Below, piece after piece: positions 1 to 13,235 of a stretch of 64,000 bases of DNA (within the stretch, counting starts at the first letter, position 1; each line of letters opens with the position of its first letter). Location of the stretch: contig OX597819.1 in the NCBI GenBank assembly GCA_951406725.2, positions 92,504,001 through 92,568,000 of the forward strand, in the 5' to 3' direction. A program made the position numbers and the translations under genes. Source of the DNA: Octopus vulgaris (taxonomy: Eukaryota). The notes beneath the pieces are model-generated. The model saw nothing but the letters and a program-made list of their open reading frames with translations, had not been told where the DNA came from and did no database searches.

Positions 1-608
1 TTCATAACGGTTTATATAACATTTTTGTTATACTTTGCTTTGTAGCCTTTCTCGTAAAAGAAAATAATAATATATAATACACTTTGAGGAGTAAAAATAG
101 CAGAAAAAAACAAACTGAACACGAAATTTTCCAGAAGCTTAAAATGAAAATTAAATACAATTAAAAATAATGAAAAAGTAAAAGGAAAATAGGAATGATA
201 TAAATGTTTTTGAAGTTAGGATATTTACTGATGGATTAACAGCTTCTGTCGTCATCAATCAGGATAAATTTTGTTCTGAAGAAATAAATGCCATAATTAA
301 GTCATGTAGTAGTGTAAAGAGCGAATTTTCCACTGTATTTATCAAAGTGACACACACGAATCGATCCGTAAATCTACTTCAGTCTGACGTAAAAGAAATC
401 ATTTCCGATTTTCTTATGACCTATTTTTAAATGTGTCAGCAACAAAAAGGAAAATCAAAAAAGGAAAAAAAAAAATCAAAATGAAAGACAAACTTTAGTC
501 AGAATGTTCCTGAATGTTATACGAGATGTTGAGAGCAAGTGTTACTGAAAGCTCTGAAGGAAGGAAGCTCTAATTCCTGATTGTAAATGTTCGACAGACT
601 TTGATTTA

Positions 609-645
609 GATGATGATGATGATGATAATAATAATAATAATAATG

Positions 646-686
<41 letters not shown>
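609..686. repeat. (GAT)n/(AAT)n compound microsatellite
   Basis: Directly visible; abuts the 3' tail of the SINE at 687. Confidence 0.95.
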
Positions 687-687
<1 letters not shown>

Positions 688-884
688 GCTTCAAAATTTG
701 GTAAAAGGCCAGAAGCTTCAAGGAAGGAGACAAGACGAGTACTCAAATGTTACTTATTTTTTTGATCCTGAAAAGATGAAAGGTAAAGTCAACCTCGTCC
801 GAATTTGAACTTAGAACGTAAATGCAGCAGGACGAAATACAACTAAGAATTAGCGTGATAACGCTACTTCTAGCTCGTTACCTT
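687..884 (-). mobile_element. SINE family A, degenerate copy (tail variant ending ...ccaaattttgaagcc(att)n)
   Basis: gatgaaaggtaaagtcaacctcgtccgaatttgaacttagaacgta matches the family A body at 10296-10526. Confidence 0.8.
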
Positions 885-959
885 AACAACAACAACAACA
901 ACGACGATTATGATCTTGATGTTGAAGATGGCATCTCCCGTCGAAGAAGACGTATGGGC

Positions 960-1208
960 TTTCGGTTTTTGCAGAACGATCTGCACAAATGGTTTATTCG
1001 TAGTGGTCAAATGTATGTGCTCAATCCCTCAATCAAATCGTCATTTCCTGCACACGCCCACCACGCGCCAAATGTCGAAATGTTCGCAGAACAATGTGAA
1101 ATGATGTGTGTTACTGAAGAACATCATGTACCAACCAGTCCGCTAACCGAACTCACTATCTAGCGATCATGATTACAACATCCTAATCACTAGGTCACGC
1201 ACCTTCAC
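960..1208 (-). mobile_element. SINE family B, degenerate copy
   Basis: aatgtgaaatgatgtgtgttactgaagaac...cactaggtcacgcaccttc resembles the reverse complement of the 50410 copy head. Confidence 0.6.
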
Positions 1209-1687
1209 ATGAATAATAATAATTATGAAGAGTTTCGAACGCAAAATAAACAAATTATTATTAAAATTAAATATGATATTGGAGTAGCAACATGAAACAC
1301 TTTCAGAGGTTCTCACTTACATGGGGAATCCATTAGGTTCCTTCAAAGAACACCTACACAACCTCATTACACGTTGTTCCTGAGATTTCCCAAATCACTC
1401 ATAAGCATTTCGTAGAAACCACTTCCTTCGAATGATCCACATCTCAACAATAGATTTTAACATATTCATAAATCTTACACTTATTTTCTATCAAAACTCA
1501 TTCTCTAAAATTACTCTCGTCTCCACAGCGTTCGCCCGAGCTAAGGTTACTTCTTTATATTGGATATGTTATCATCATCCAATTTATATAACACTTGGAG
1601 CAGTAATTAGAACAATTGGATTATTGTTGTACAGTTATATTTTGTCGGGCACCAGGAAAAACTGAAGCCTGTCTGTTTTTAAGAAAT

Positions 1688-2577
1688 ATGCGGTGGTATC
1701 AAAAGCTTCTCGGACGAGTGATGTTTAATAAAAAAAAAATAACATATTTAAATAAGTTTTAACATCGTCGCCTTCGAAATAGTTACCTTGCGGAACAATA
1801 CATCAGTCCCAGCGTTCCTACCACTTTAGGAATCCGGTAAGCGACTCGACGACCTTCTGCAATTCACTTTGGATTTCGACTAAGGTGTTAACGCAGCGAC
1901 TTTTAAACTGCATTTTCATCTTAGGAAAGAGATAAAATTATCCAACGGCTAAATCTGGCGAATAGGGTAGGTGTTGAAGCAATACCATATTGTTTCTCGC
2001 GAGAAGTTCACGAGTGAAGAGAAGCCGGTGAAGAATCCAATTGTTCGCGCTCCAAAAATCCGGTCACTTTCGCCTAAATTCCTCCCTCAAACGCTTCAAA
2101 ACATCGCAGGAATACTCGCGATTGACGTTTTGAACTGCTGGACAATTCTAGGTGCACAATACCACATTTCCGGGGATAACGTTCGTAGTAGTCTTCCAGA
2201 TTGCCCATAGCCTTCCAGGGACGTTTTTTCTGCTTTTGGAGCGCTCGTACCGCTCAAAATCATTGCGTACGATCCATTGTTCCGTCACTGTAATCTTGCC
2301 GAAGCATGCTCAATGTCCTGTAGCCCACTTCCCAAGTTTAACGCAAAATTTCACATTGGCTCATTGCTCCTGTCCATGACAAAATTGCAGACTACAGCAT
2401 ACACGTGATCACAAAGACAGAAATTTCACAACTTGCGAAGTTACCACAGCGATGTTAGTCGGCACTCTCTCCTGTCTCACGAATATCACAGCTAGATCTC
2501 ACTGCGCACGCAACCGCGTGCTGTCATATGTTGGTATTCTACAGAATTAGTCTGGGAGCTAGTCATACAACCACGTA
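1688..2577 (-). mobile_element. Internally deleted, decayed mariner (Tc1/mariner) element
   Basis: Minus-strand translation gives N-terminal EQ*ANVKFCVKLGK...LRQDYSD, LQHLPYSPDLA...FYLFPKMK (~1920-1980) and C-terminal KW*ERWD*CIVPQGNYFEGD (~1765-1826); degenerate TIRs at ~1688-1720 and ~2545-2577. Confidence 0.85.
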
Positions 2578-2656
2578 TGATTTATACCCTTAACATGTGT
2601 ATGCTAAAAATACCATATGTATGCTTAAATACATACACACACATATTCTAAATACC

Positions 2657-2807
2657 TATTTCTTTATTACCCACAAGGGGCTAAACACAGAGGGGACAAA
2701 CAAGGACAGACATAGGTATTAAGTCCATTACATCGACCCCAGTGCGTAACTGGTACTTAATTTATCGACCCCGAAAGGATGAAAGGCAAAGTCGACCTCG
2801 GCTTTGC
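2657..2807 (-). mobile_element. SINE family A, 5'-truncated, with 17-bp TSD
   Basis: Near-identical to the 3' half of 10296-10526; exact direct repeat cacatattctaaatacc at 2640-2656 and 2808-2824. Confidence 0.92.
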
Positions 2808-3039
2808 CACATATTCTAAATACCCTGACTAAAGACGGCATAGGATTAACCTATATAGATATAACAAAGAATGAAATATAAAATTAATTTAATTAGATAA
2901 TAGAATAGTACAGTCACAGGTGTAACCATTGTACAATTGGGGGGAAAATTAGATTTACAATTCATATAATATAAAGTAAATGGTTAAACCTAGATCAATA
3001 TAGAATTAATAAACAGCAATGAGACAAACAATTTTAAAT

Positions 3040-3530
3040 GAAGAAGTAACCTTATATAAACTACAGTTTCAATCTAAAGAAAATCATCAGAACTTAGGAT
3101 GTATAGCAACAGCGACTGTGCTACTCCAGCAACTCTGTCTAACAAATATTTTTTATCAATAGTATTAAGAACACATATTTTCAGTCTCCTGATGTCATTT
3201 GAAATCCCAGCCAATTTGGATGATTGTTTTACTTGCTTTGAAGATAACTGTATTGTTTTTTATTAGACATTAACTGTTTATCAAAATACCACTTAACCGT
3301 AAATTCCAACATATGAATTAACCACTCTCCTCCAAGATACCCATACATTACTTCAGTTGCTTTGGTGTTTGATCGGTCGCCAAGTTTAATAAGTACATTT
3401 CACTTTGAAAATTCTTTTTCCATTCTGTAAGTTACCAATTATATATGTGCTCCCATAGATTCATTGTATTTTGTTAAAAATATTCGGTAGAATACTTTGA
3501 TGAAAATGTGTATTTGCGTACAATAAAAAT
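3040..3530 (-). mobile_element. Highly decayed Penelope-like 3' fragment
   Basis: Fragmentary minus-strand peptides resembling the PLE RIFNKNT and CPL.GECL..VVY region; residual CTGATGA...GAAACTGTA motif at ~3061-3090 without a pairing stem I. Confidence 0.3.
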
Positions 3531-3746
3531 TTATGTTATGTTATCGAATATGCAATAAAATAGACTTCGTATTTGGTAATAAACTACGCTGTTGAAATGT
3601 GTTGAGTGAGATTTGGAATTAACCATACATTTGTGCTTTCGTGTAGTTTATATTTGTGTATGTATGTCTATGTATATATGGACGTATACACACCTATATA
3701 TATAGTCGAGGAATTACATATATATATATATATATATATAAATATG

Positions 3747-3966
3747 CAGTAATCCCTCGACTATTGCATGTGTTACGTTCTGAAACCTCCCTTGACAGGT
3801 GGAAATCCGTGAAGTAGAGACAGTACTGTACTGTAGTTTTTAAAATTATTTTTATAAATCGTATATATAAATTTTCTTATAGATATGCAAAACAACACAA
3901 AAGAATCGATGTAAGCTTAAATAATACACCGTGATAGGTGAACAGCGATATGGCGAGGGATTACTG
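3747..3966. mobile_element. Tigger/pogo-type MITE (~220 bp)
   Basis: Terminal inverted repeats cagtaatccctcg / cgagggattactg (perfect 17-bp IR at 3743-3759 and 3954-3970); CAGT...ACTG termini are typical of pogo/Tigger. Confidence 0.8.
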
Positions 3967-4030
3967 CATATAATTATGATTAATAAGAGAGATGGAAGAT
4001 GGAAGATGGAAGATACGAAAATCTTTATTG

Positions 4031-4137
4031 ATCACTATAGTTGTTTCGACCCATCAAATATCAATACCCCCGTGGGTGCGATATTGAGTATCTATTTTAG
4101 GTGTATCTGTCTGTGTAGATGTGTCTCCTCAGGTGAT
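4031..4137 (-). ncRNA. Degenerate type I hammerhead ribozyme motif (PLE-type) with long stem II insertion
   Basis: Minus strand: AUCAC-CUGAGGA-GACACAUC...GAUGGGUC-GAAA-caacua-UA-GUGAU; 5-bp stem I, intact core, stem II 7/8 paired, stem III loop resembles a decayed CAGCUG palindrome. Confidence 0.6.
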
Positions 4138-4333
4138 TTCAAGATGTATCTCGTTACAATAAACTCTGTTTCGCAAGATTTCTTCATGGTATTCGTATAT
4201 ATAAATGGCACATTAAGGTATACCCTTTCATACTTATAGAATTATTACATATAACCGATAGTACACAAGCATTGATGTGTAGGCGTTTATACATCCATAT
4301 TTACCATATGATTTTTTAAACTATTAATAATAC

Positions 4334-4334
<1 letters not shown>

Positions 4335-4383
<49 letters not shown>

Positions 4384-4422
4384 TTAGATAGATATAGATA
4401 GGTAGATAGATATTGATAGATA
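4335..4422. repeat. (GATA)n microsatellite
   Basis: Directly visible. Confidence 0.95.
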
Positions 4423-4424
4423 GC

Positions 4425-4745
4425 AAATGGCACTCACTAATTTACGACAACATTTTCAGTTTATCCGATCAACGGAGCAGTCTCTTCATGAAATTTATGT
4501 GATAGTGGCCGAGTACTCAACGTACAAACGTATGCTTAACATAGTTCACAGGGAGTTAAGTGCGTCACAGAATGTGACCAGGCCAGCCCTTCGATCTACA
4601 AGTACAACTCATTTATGCTAGCTAAGTGAACTGGAGCAACATGAAATAATGTATTGCTTAAGGACACAACGCGCCACCAGGAAGCGAACTCACTACCTTA
4701 TGATCGTGAGTAGCATACCCTAACCAGTTAGTCGCGCGCTTTCAT
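4425..4745 (-). mobile_element. SINE family B with alternative tail
   Basis: gtgaactggagcaacatgaaata...gatcgtgag...taaccag matches the reverse complement of the family B head; the distal part differs from other copies. Confidence 0.75.
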
Positions 4746-4839
4746 ACACACACACACACGCACACACATACATGCATACAGAAACACACACACACACACA
4801 CTCAGACACACATACATACACACATACAGATATATAAAT

Positions 4840-5135
4840 CCCAAATGAGTCAAGCTTCCGCCAGTGAAGTTGATCTACCCCATTTTTCTACGCTCCTCCT
4901 CCAGCGTACCTGCAATGCTTTCCCCCAGTCCTTTACCGTTCTCTTTCTAATATCTACGTCATTGTAGTCTTTGCATGTCCGCTGGGCTCAATCAACGCAG
5001 AGCCACCGTATTTTGCAGTATCTGAGTTTTATATCGTAGAAGAATTTTTTCATCTGTGATTTTATATCTCCAGGTACCTGTGACGATATTTTGTAAGCAC
5101 CTTCAGTGGAATATATCCTGACTCCTGGCAAACTT
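4840..5135 (-). mobile_element. Decayed RTE-like LINE C-terminal fragment
   Basis: Minus-strand WRYKITDEKIL and downstream RW/KWVDQL resemble the post-RT region of RTE clade ORFs. Confidence 0.35.
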
Positions 5136-5136
5136 T

Positions 5137-5190
<54 letters not shown>

Positions 5191-8100
5191 TCATACTAAA
5201 GGAGATTGTGTTTAACTGATATGCCTCATTAACACATATATGTAGTTAGATAGATAGATAGATGAATGCATATATATTCAGAGAAGTAGATATTTAGATA
5301 AATTGATACATACGGGTTGTTTGTTTATCCGTAAGCTATATCATAAAAATCATTTCTCTTGAAAATCTGCGAAGGATGGGGGTGATAGATTAAAAACAAG
5401 TATAAGAATATAAATGGAAAATAGAAAGTAGAATTTTGGAATAAAGAAATGAAAATTCAAAAGATATGACAAAGATACACCACAACAATAAAAAGAAGAG
5501 TCCCGGAGGCTTTGATGACAGAATAACTAAAATATATAACTATATTTCAAATATAATAAAAATAAAACGTATACAAATTTAATAGTTTGAAATGTTTGCT
5601 TAAATATTGATTATCATATTTAACAAACACACACCTACAGTTTGACTGTCGGCAATGTTTACATCGATAGTTATATAATTCTGCTCGCAGCATGAAATGA
5701 CAGTAGCTTTTGGACTTTTTTTTCAGTGAGGGTACAAAAGAACGTACGAATTTTGAAAGATTTTGTGGCTGTGATGTGACTTTTATGCCAGAAAGAGCCA
5801 TCATTTGGCTATTTCAGTTATTTTCGCACATGTAGACACAAAACTAAAATCATCAATGAACATCAGTAAAACAGAAATATTATATAACACACACACTTGC
5901 ATATCCAGTAAACCGACAGGGAAAACGTGTTGGAGTCAGACAATTTAGATAATGTGGGTGAATAGGAGATTCAGTTCACGAAGATATTTTTCAAGTAGGA
6001 TTAAACACGAAACAAAAGATATTACAAATTACTGGTAATAACAGATAATAACTGATAAAAATGAGAGAACAAACTTAGCCAATTGAGTCTCAAACCTCTT
6101 CTCACGAAGTCATTAACGTAGCAATACTGACATTCAGTCGAGTACATGCACAGGCACGCACGTACACACATATGCACAAACATGCAAACACATACGCTCT
6201 CTCTTTCTCTCTCTCACAAACACACATACACATAGATAATGTAAAAGAATTTATATAATAAGAAAAGGCTCATCAATGTGGAATAAAATATGGGCTAAAA
6301 CTTTGTAATTCAGAATCTTCAGGAACATTTCGAAGGAACGACACCTGAAATGTTTGCTAAAATTATTGTAATGACTCAGGTCAAAGAAATTAGAATCAGA
6401 TTCAGTTAATAAATGTGTTTAACGAAGTTTAATCTTATGGAAATGCAGAGTTTAAGAATAGAACTATGATCACGTGAATAGAATGCAATGGTTTGTATAA
6501 TATTAAAGTTATATTCAACATGAGTTGATGTGTGAATTTATCCAACACTACCTCTTTTGTTGCATGAATATGTATTTACAATAAAAATCTCAACTAACGA
6601 TGATTAAATCCGGCAGGGATTTTACAATTATATTTAGCTATTACACCTAAGGTACATGTTATCAGCTTATTCAAGAAATTACTCTACTTTCCGACGCCCT
6701 TAGACCCCATTCTGTCAAGTATGCTTCTTTCAACATCACTTTGGCTATGAATTAGACAACTCCACTTAGCTCATGGGTGATGCTGGAGTGTATCCTAACT
6801 CAGGTTCCGGAAAGAAAAGCTGCGGCATTTTTGGAGCTGGAAAACTTTATAGAATCTCTAGTTCCATTGAAAATTTTTTCTTTAATGTTTTATATGCTTA
6901 TGTTGCCTTCCTCATCGAACATTTGTCATTTGCTACTTTGAGGCGGTGTGTTACCATTCATTTCAAATATATCTCTTTATTCTGTTATTTTTGCAATTTT
7001 AACAACTCTGCCAAATTCATGTTCTTCTAAACAACAGCACAATTGAATTGATTTTATTTTTGTTGATTTTGCTTTTATTTGGATCCAGATGAACCTTGAT
7101 TGAGCAAAGAAATAATTAACGACATTCCAGCCACGACCATCCTATCGTTTTTACTGTGGGGGAATAATCAGGACAAGTAATTAGGAAAAGTTATTTAGTA
7201 TTAAGATGTAAGTTAAGGTATACTTAACTGTTATTTCTGACCGTAGATATAAAAGAAAAAATACAGAGTAGTCAGTGTTTGAACCCTTTTACTCAACTAT
7301 CACCAAAAGTAATAGCAACGCCACTATCATTGTTACCACTGCCAACACCATAACAACTAACAAGAACTATTCTGAGAACAAATATTGTTTAGTGGATACA
7401 ATAAGTGTCCAATTAATGAGTTTAACGTTTTACTTTCAGATAACTAAGATACATTTTTGTTAATAATTCTTTCAGAGGATTCGAATCAGTGATTTTCAAA
7501 GCTTTATTCGGAAAGCTTTAGATGTAGAAAATAATGAATGATTTATCAGTAAAAAGTTAGCTTTGACTGTGTGTGCATACACTATGCGGCATGGTGTTTA
7601 CAAAATGTTTTTGTTAAATGTCTGAAGTGTTTTGTTATGTTACAAGCGAAACGTTGTTTCGTGTTTCTTTTTCTAAGTGTGTTTGCTTTGTATCAATGAA
7701 CCTGAAGTGTTTTTAAGTTTGCTATTTGTTAAAGGTGTCCTTTTTTTTTTACCTAAATTATTAAGTATCATTCCTGTAATATTATGGACTCTTAATTTTC
7801 ACGCGTCATTTAACAAGCAGCAGAGAATTCATAACCAAATAGCAAATACTGTAATTGTGTGTAGATTCAGGAAACGTCTAAAATCAATTCTTTGTAATTT
7901 ATGATCAATGAAAATAAAGAACCTCACATAGCTCTCTCTTTCTGTCTCTCGTTCTCTCTGTCTGTATGCCTCTCTCTTTGATTAAGTGATTATGTGCTAT
8001 TTGCTCGCGCTTCAACAAAGCAAAGTGCGCTGAATGCAAACATTTTGTGTGAGAGAATAAAACTGTGATCCCCCAGTGGAATAAGAACGTAACTTTTCTC

Positions 8101-9202
8101 TTGATGCAGCGGTGTATTTATCGTGACAATACTCGTGACAATACGACGAATTTCATTGGTCACATTAACATCCTTGTATTCACATGCTTCAATGCTTTTA
8201 TATCCAATTCTAATTTTGCTTGCCTCACTGTTTTGTTCCTATCTTAGTTTGATCGTGGAGTTAAGTTATTGTTATGTATAAACGCTTTTCAGTTTGCTCC
8301 TTTATATCTAAACCCTCCCTTGAACGTTCTTCTTGAAAGTCGGTTTCTATGATAGGGCTATTATATTACTTGCACCATTACAATTTACAGAGAATGCTTC
8401 TGATGTAATCTTATCCTTGTCTTCAGTTAAGTACTTAGCATAGAATAAGTCCAATAAAAAGTTAGTTGTTAAATCACCGCTATACGTCAAATCCTTAATT
8501 TTCATCCAAATGATATATCATTTCAATAAAATATAGCGTAACCAAGAAATAGAAAGTATAAAATCACCGAGCTGCTGAACTTATAGTAATAAACTTATAT
8601 AGTTAATCCAACTACAAATTATAAATAAGTGGATGGTGTAATTGCTTCAATCAAAGGTAATAAATGAAGTATAATATGAGCAATTATTATTTTAATGTTA
8701 AAAATAAACATATAAAGGGGTGTAAGATAATATAAAAATTATGTCCCAAGCAGTCTAAAGTAATTCACACAGATCAACTTTGAAATATATTTCAAACATA
8801 GTTATTTTCAATGTCCTTTCAAAGAACGACTCAGTAAATTGTCATTGGTAATTTCAGGAATGTACATGATTGACTAGTGACTTAATCGGAGAAGTGTATT
8901 TAAATTAAAGGATTTACATAGTAGAAGAGTCATTTTAGCCATTTCAAAATACACAAAAACCATCAAATTGACTTTTTGCTTACTCCTTAATAATGCAGTG
9001 TATTATGAAGTGGAAAAAAGTTTCACTGCACTTCTGCAACTAAGTCCCTAACAATCCTATGATTGAGGCATAACTGCTGATGCAGTGGATTTGTGTCAGT
9101 GACTAAGATGGGAACGTGCGACGAAATTTTTATTATTTTAAAGTAGACAGTATTACAAATAATAAATCTCTGAACGAGGTATAAACAGTAGCTGCACGAC
9201 AA

Positions 9203-9428
9203 TGTGAAGTATATTTGCCACTTAAATGTGGCTAACCACTAAGGGTGGATGCTACTGTAGCTTGTAGCCCCAGGAGAACATCTCCAGCTGGCTGTTGACA
9301 CACTTTCTGTATAGGGCACAGAAAGTGTGTCAATAGCCAGCTGGAGAAGATGTTCTCCTGGGGCTATAAGCTACAGTAGCATCCACCCTTAGTGGTTAGC
9401 CACAGTTAAGTGGCAAATATACTTCACA
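9203..9428. repeat. Near-perfect hairpin (arms 108/111 bp, 7-nt loop)
   Basis: 9203-9310 is the reverse complement of 9318-9428 with 3 substitutions and one 3-nt indel. Confidence 0.97.
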
Positions 9429-10295
9429 GTATTATAAATATTTAAATGAAACGTGAATGTAAGAATATTTATGTGTTCGAAAATGGTTAAAATAATTATT
9501 CAACAACAGACCTGCTGCAGTGAAATATTCTGCACGCAGAACGTATGGCAAAGAAAAAAAATCAAATTAAACCGGAAAATTATATCTAACCAATAAAAAA
9601 GAATTGTATGAATATCAAGTGACACGTTGTTGTTATTTATAGTGCTGTTATAAGGTTAGTTTTCCGACTATAGAGAAAAATGCAACCAATTCAAAATGCA
9701 CTATTTCAGTGTAAGGTGATTGACATAATTTTCCCAAGCAGTATTTCCTTGATGTTCGTTATTAATTATTGGTTGTTTTCTTTGATCAGAATACAGATAG
9801 TTTTGCTTTTACTGATTTAGACAACTGTCCCGTTACTCAGACTCTATAATGAATGTTTTGTATTCCGATGCTGCCAGACAGTCAGTATGTCTGACAGTAG
9901 TCAGGAAGTATCACAAGCATTCCTCCTTAAATAAATCTATTAATAAAGACGTGCATATACTCAGATATTTTAGAGAAAGTCATGTCAACACGAAGCTGTG
10001 TAACAACAACATAATGAATTGGTTGTTTCAAGAACAGCCAGTTGAGATATGCATCCATTATTAACAAAACTGAACTGGGGAAAATAAATACATTGAAGAA
10101 TCGGTAGAATGCCGGACAAAATGCTTTGTAGTATTTGTTCCGGATCTTGACGCTCTAAGATCGAATTCCATCGAGATTAAAGAAGCCTATAAAATAATGT
10201 ATCAGGGGAAACCCGATGCTGATTGTACGGACAAATTACTCTATCCTAATGCGTGACTTTCACGAATGTGTTGAGCATTATCTTTATACAAATAT

Positions 10296-10526
10296 CTATT
10301 TCTTTACTACCCACAAGGGGCTAAACACAGAGGGAACAAACAAGGACAGACAAACAGATTAAGTCGATTACACCGACCCCAGTGCGTAACTGGTATTTAT
10401 TTAATCGACCCCGAAAGGATGAAAGGCAAAGTCGACTTCGGCGGAATTTGAACTCAGAACGTAACATCAGACAAAATACCGCTAAGCATTCCGCCCGGCG
10501 TGCTAACGATTCTGCCAGCTCGCCGC
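10296..10526 (-). mobile_element. SINE family A, full length
   Basis: Sense strand gcggcgagctggcagaatcgttagc (A-box-like) ... gagttcaaattcc (B box) ... gtcgactttgcctttcatcctttcggggtcgat ... gccccttgtgggtagtaaagaaatag; multi-copy in the window. Confidence 0.92.
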
Positions 10527-10530
10527 ACTA

Positions 10531-10610
10531 TTCTTCTTCTTCTTCTTCTTCTTCTTCTTCTTCTTCTTCTTCTTCTTCTTCTTCTTCTTCTTCTTCTTCT
10601 TCTTCTTCTT

Positions 10611-10672
<62 letters not shown>
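10531..10672. repeat. (TTC)n followed by (TTA)n
   Basis: Directly visible. Confidence 0.95.
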
Positions 10673-10673
<1 letters not shown>

Positions 10674-11792
10674 TTACTTTTTTTTTTCTTCTTTCAAATT
10701 TGCTTCCATTTCTTGCCGAGTGTCTTCTCGACTCCTAGGGCAAAGAAGCTCATAGTATACATTGGTAGGCCATTAAACCAAACTCAGTAGTTCGTTCATT
10801 TTTTTTTTTTTCATTTTTTTTTTTTAAAGTTAAATTAAAATACATGAGCAGCAACAGTTCTCACATCGACAATGCTCTTCTCAATACGTGTGATGTACCA
10901 GTTAAGACAATCTTTTGCACTTCTTGCAGGGATGGTAAGCCAGGGATCATTCTCATATAATTTTCGGTTCCCTTCTTGATCATTCCTAGTGCTCCTACGA
11001 TCACTGGTATTGTAACCGCCTTGAGATGCCACATTTTCTCAATTTCAATGAGTAGGTCTTTATATTTTCTGAGCTTGTCAAACTCTTTCACTGAGATATT
11101 ATGATCACAGGGGATGCTCATGTCGATCAATAAGCAAACTTTATTGTTTTGGTCTTTCACAACAATATCTGGTTTATTGGCCTTGATGGTTCGGTCTGTA
11201 TGTACTGGAAAGTCCCACAGAATGGTTACATTTTCTCCTTCAGTTACAGCCTCAGGGTGGTGATTATACCACTTGTCGGCAGTTTTGATATTGTAATGCC
11301 GACTTATTAGCCAGTGGAGATATTGGCCAACTCTGTCATGTCTTAATTTATACTCCACTGGTGCTAAGACTTTACATCCAGAGATTAGGTGGTCCACTGT
11401 TTCAATCATGTCGTTGCAGAATCGGCATTTTGGGTCTGCTCCATTTTTCATCACATTGGCCTGGTAGTTCCGGGTTAATAGGCTTTGATCTTGAGCAGCC
11501 AGGATGAAACCTTCGCTCTCTGCTTTTAGCCCTGAGCTCCGTAGCCACTGATGGGTTTGCTTCTGGTCAACATCAGCTTGTTTGCTGCGGGTCACATATT
11601 TGCCGTGCAGTGGCTTCTCCTCCCACCTATCAGCCAATTGCTCGTGCGCTTTTTTCATTGCCATCATTTTCACCTTCTTTGCAACAATAGTTGCCGTACT
11701 TCCCTCGGGTTGTTCAGTTTGGGTATCCTGCACGAGATCAATAGCAAATTTTTTGCTTTCCTTTATGATAGAATGAAGCTTCTTAATGAAGC
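10673..11792 (-). mobile_element. 5'-truncated R4/Dong-clade non-LTR retrotransposon inserted in a (TAA)n array
   Basis: Open C-terminal ORF plus 3' UTR (10673-10860); (TTA)n on both sides (10640-10672, 11793-11880), the known Dong target type. Confidence 0.9.
10861..11792 (-). CDS. R4/Dong-type ORF C-terminus: CCHC zinc knuckle plus restriction-like (PD-D/ExK) endonuclease; partial, no true start
   Basis: CRFCNDMIETVDHLISGC, RHD, ILWDFPVHTD, KPDIVVKD, CLLIDMSIP, KYKDL, PVIVGALG; the poly-Ile N-terminus in the ORF track is microsatellite. Confidence 0.88.
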
Positions 11793-11865
<73 letters not shown>

Positions 11866-11880
11866 CATTATTATTATTAT

Positions 11881-12433
11881 TTAATGTTTGAAATGTTTAT
11901 CAACTCACAAAGACCTCAGACTCTCAGACTAACGTTACTTTACGCAATACGCGTGCAGTTCCTGTATGCCGATTTTTGTAATACACCTAGATTGTAGGTT
12001 ATTTCTAAAGTTTTCAGGTTGGGTGGTATTGAATCCAATGCTCCGATGACAACAGGGACAAACTTTATGTTTGACTCTCGTAGCTGCCACATCTTGCCGA
12101 TCTCAATTCTCAGGTTTCCATATCATAAATCTTTTCTTCTTTCATGATAATATATCGATCTCCTGGCACTGACACGTCGATTTTTATTCAATCACGTTTG
12201 TCCCTCCAAAAGGTTACTATATTTGGCCTTCAGGGCTCTGATACTTTGTCTGGACTCCAAAGTCTCAGAGGAATTTTGCCTTCCCCCTTTTGTCCATTAC
12301 CTTTTCCGGTGTGTGTCGTTACCAATCACCCGTTACCTCGTAGCCATACTTCAGGCATAGTAATCAGTGACGGTTTTGGGTTACTTTGTCGAGTCTGCGC
12401 TTGTACTCTTTCTGCGCAAGACTTTCACAAGTC

Positions 12434-12435
<2 letters not shown>
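11881..12435 (-). mobile_element. Second Dong-like 3' fragment, frameshifted, different subfamily
   Basis: Minus strand TCESLAQKEYKRRLDKV and LRIEIGKMWQLRESNIKFVPVVIGALDSIP...LQKSA...TARVLRKV; (TTA)n on both sides. Confidence 0.85.
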
Positions 12436-12497
<62 letters not shown>

Positions 12498-12499
12498 TA

Positions 12500-12568
<69 letters not shown>

Positions 12569-12632
12569 GTTGTTGTTGTTGTTGTTGTCTCTGTTTTTGT
12601 TAGTCTTATCATGATCATCATCATCATCATCG
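12436..12632. repeat. (TTA)n-(TTG)n-(TCA)n compound microsatellite
   Basis: Directly visible. Confidence 0.95.
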
Positions 12633-12639
12633 TCACCAT

Positions 12640-13133
12640 CAAGCTTGTACATGCTAATCTATGTAGCCGGAAAGTTACCTTGAGGTTTGGTGACAAGTGC
12701 ACCAATTACCGCTGTAATAATTGATGTTTTAGTACTCTACATTCTCTACATCTCTCTGATTAGATCCAGATATTTCTAATTTGTGATGAATTATATGACA
12801 TCGACTCTGCTATCATAGGGAATTGTCAGATCTCTGATTTTAGACCGTTTCTTTATTTTGTCTTCTATAATCATATCTGATCTTTCTTTGTTAGTATCGT
12901 CAGTTGTATGAGGAAGTCTCATAAGAACTTATGTTTTCATGGTTTTATATAGCATAGCCTCAAGTACATTCCTATGCAACTTTCCTGTTGCTTAGAAGCC
13001 ACACACTCGGTGAACATCTCAGTGCACACTTTTACCTACTCAGTCATGCTTACCTTTACAACCTTTTGTGCTTGTATACTGCACTGGCTCAAATGGTGAG
13101 TGATTATTGCATCCCCCAAGTCATCATTGTTTT

Positions 13134-13134
<1 letters not shown>
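12640..13134 (-). mobile_element. Third Dong-like 3' fragment, heavily decayed
   Basis: Minus strand ITHHLSQCSIQAQK, HD*VGKSVH*DVHRVCGF, RSDMIIEDK..IRDLTIPYD, KYLDLIRE, AVIGAL. Confidence 0.75.
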
Positions 13135-13188
<54 letters not shown>

Positions 13189-13189
13189 G

Positions 13190-13235
<46 letters not shown>

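Noticed and set aside
609-720. SINE A next to (AAT)n as a Dong-mobilised partner
   Set aside because: The SINE ends in sense-strand (ATT)n, opposite to the (TAA)n polarity of the Dong ends, and shares no 3' UTR sequence with them.
11793-11868. Met plus poly-Ile 'signal peptide' on the Dong ORF
   Set aside because: This is the (TAA)n target array in frame by chance; the element is 5'-truncated.
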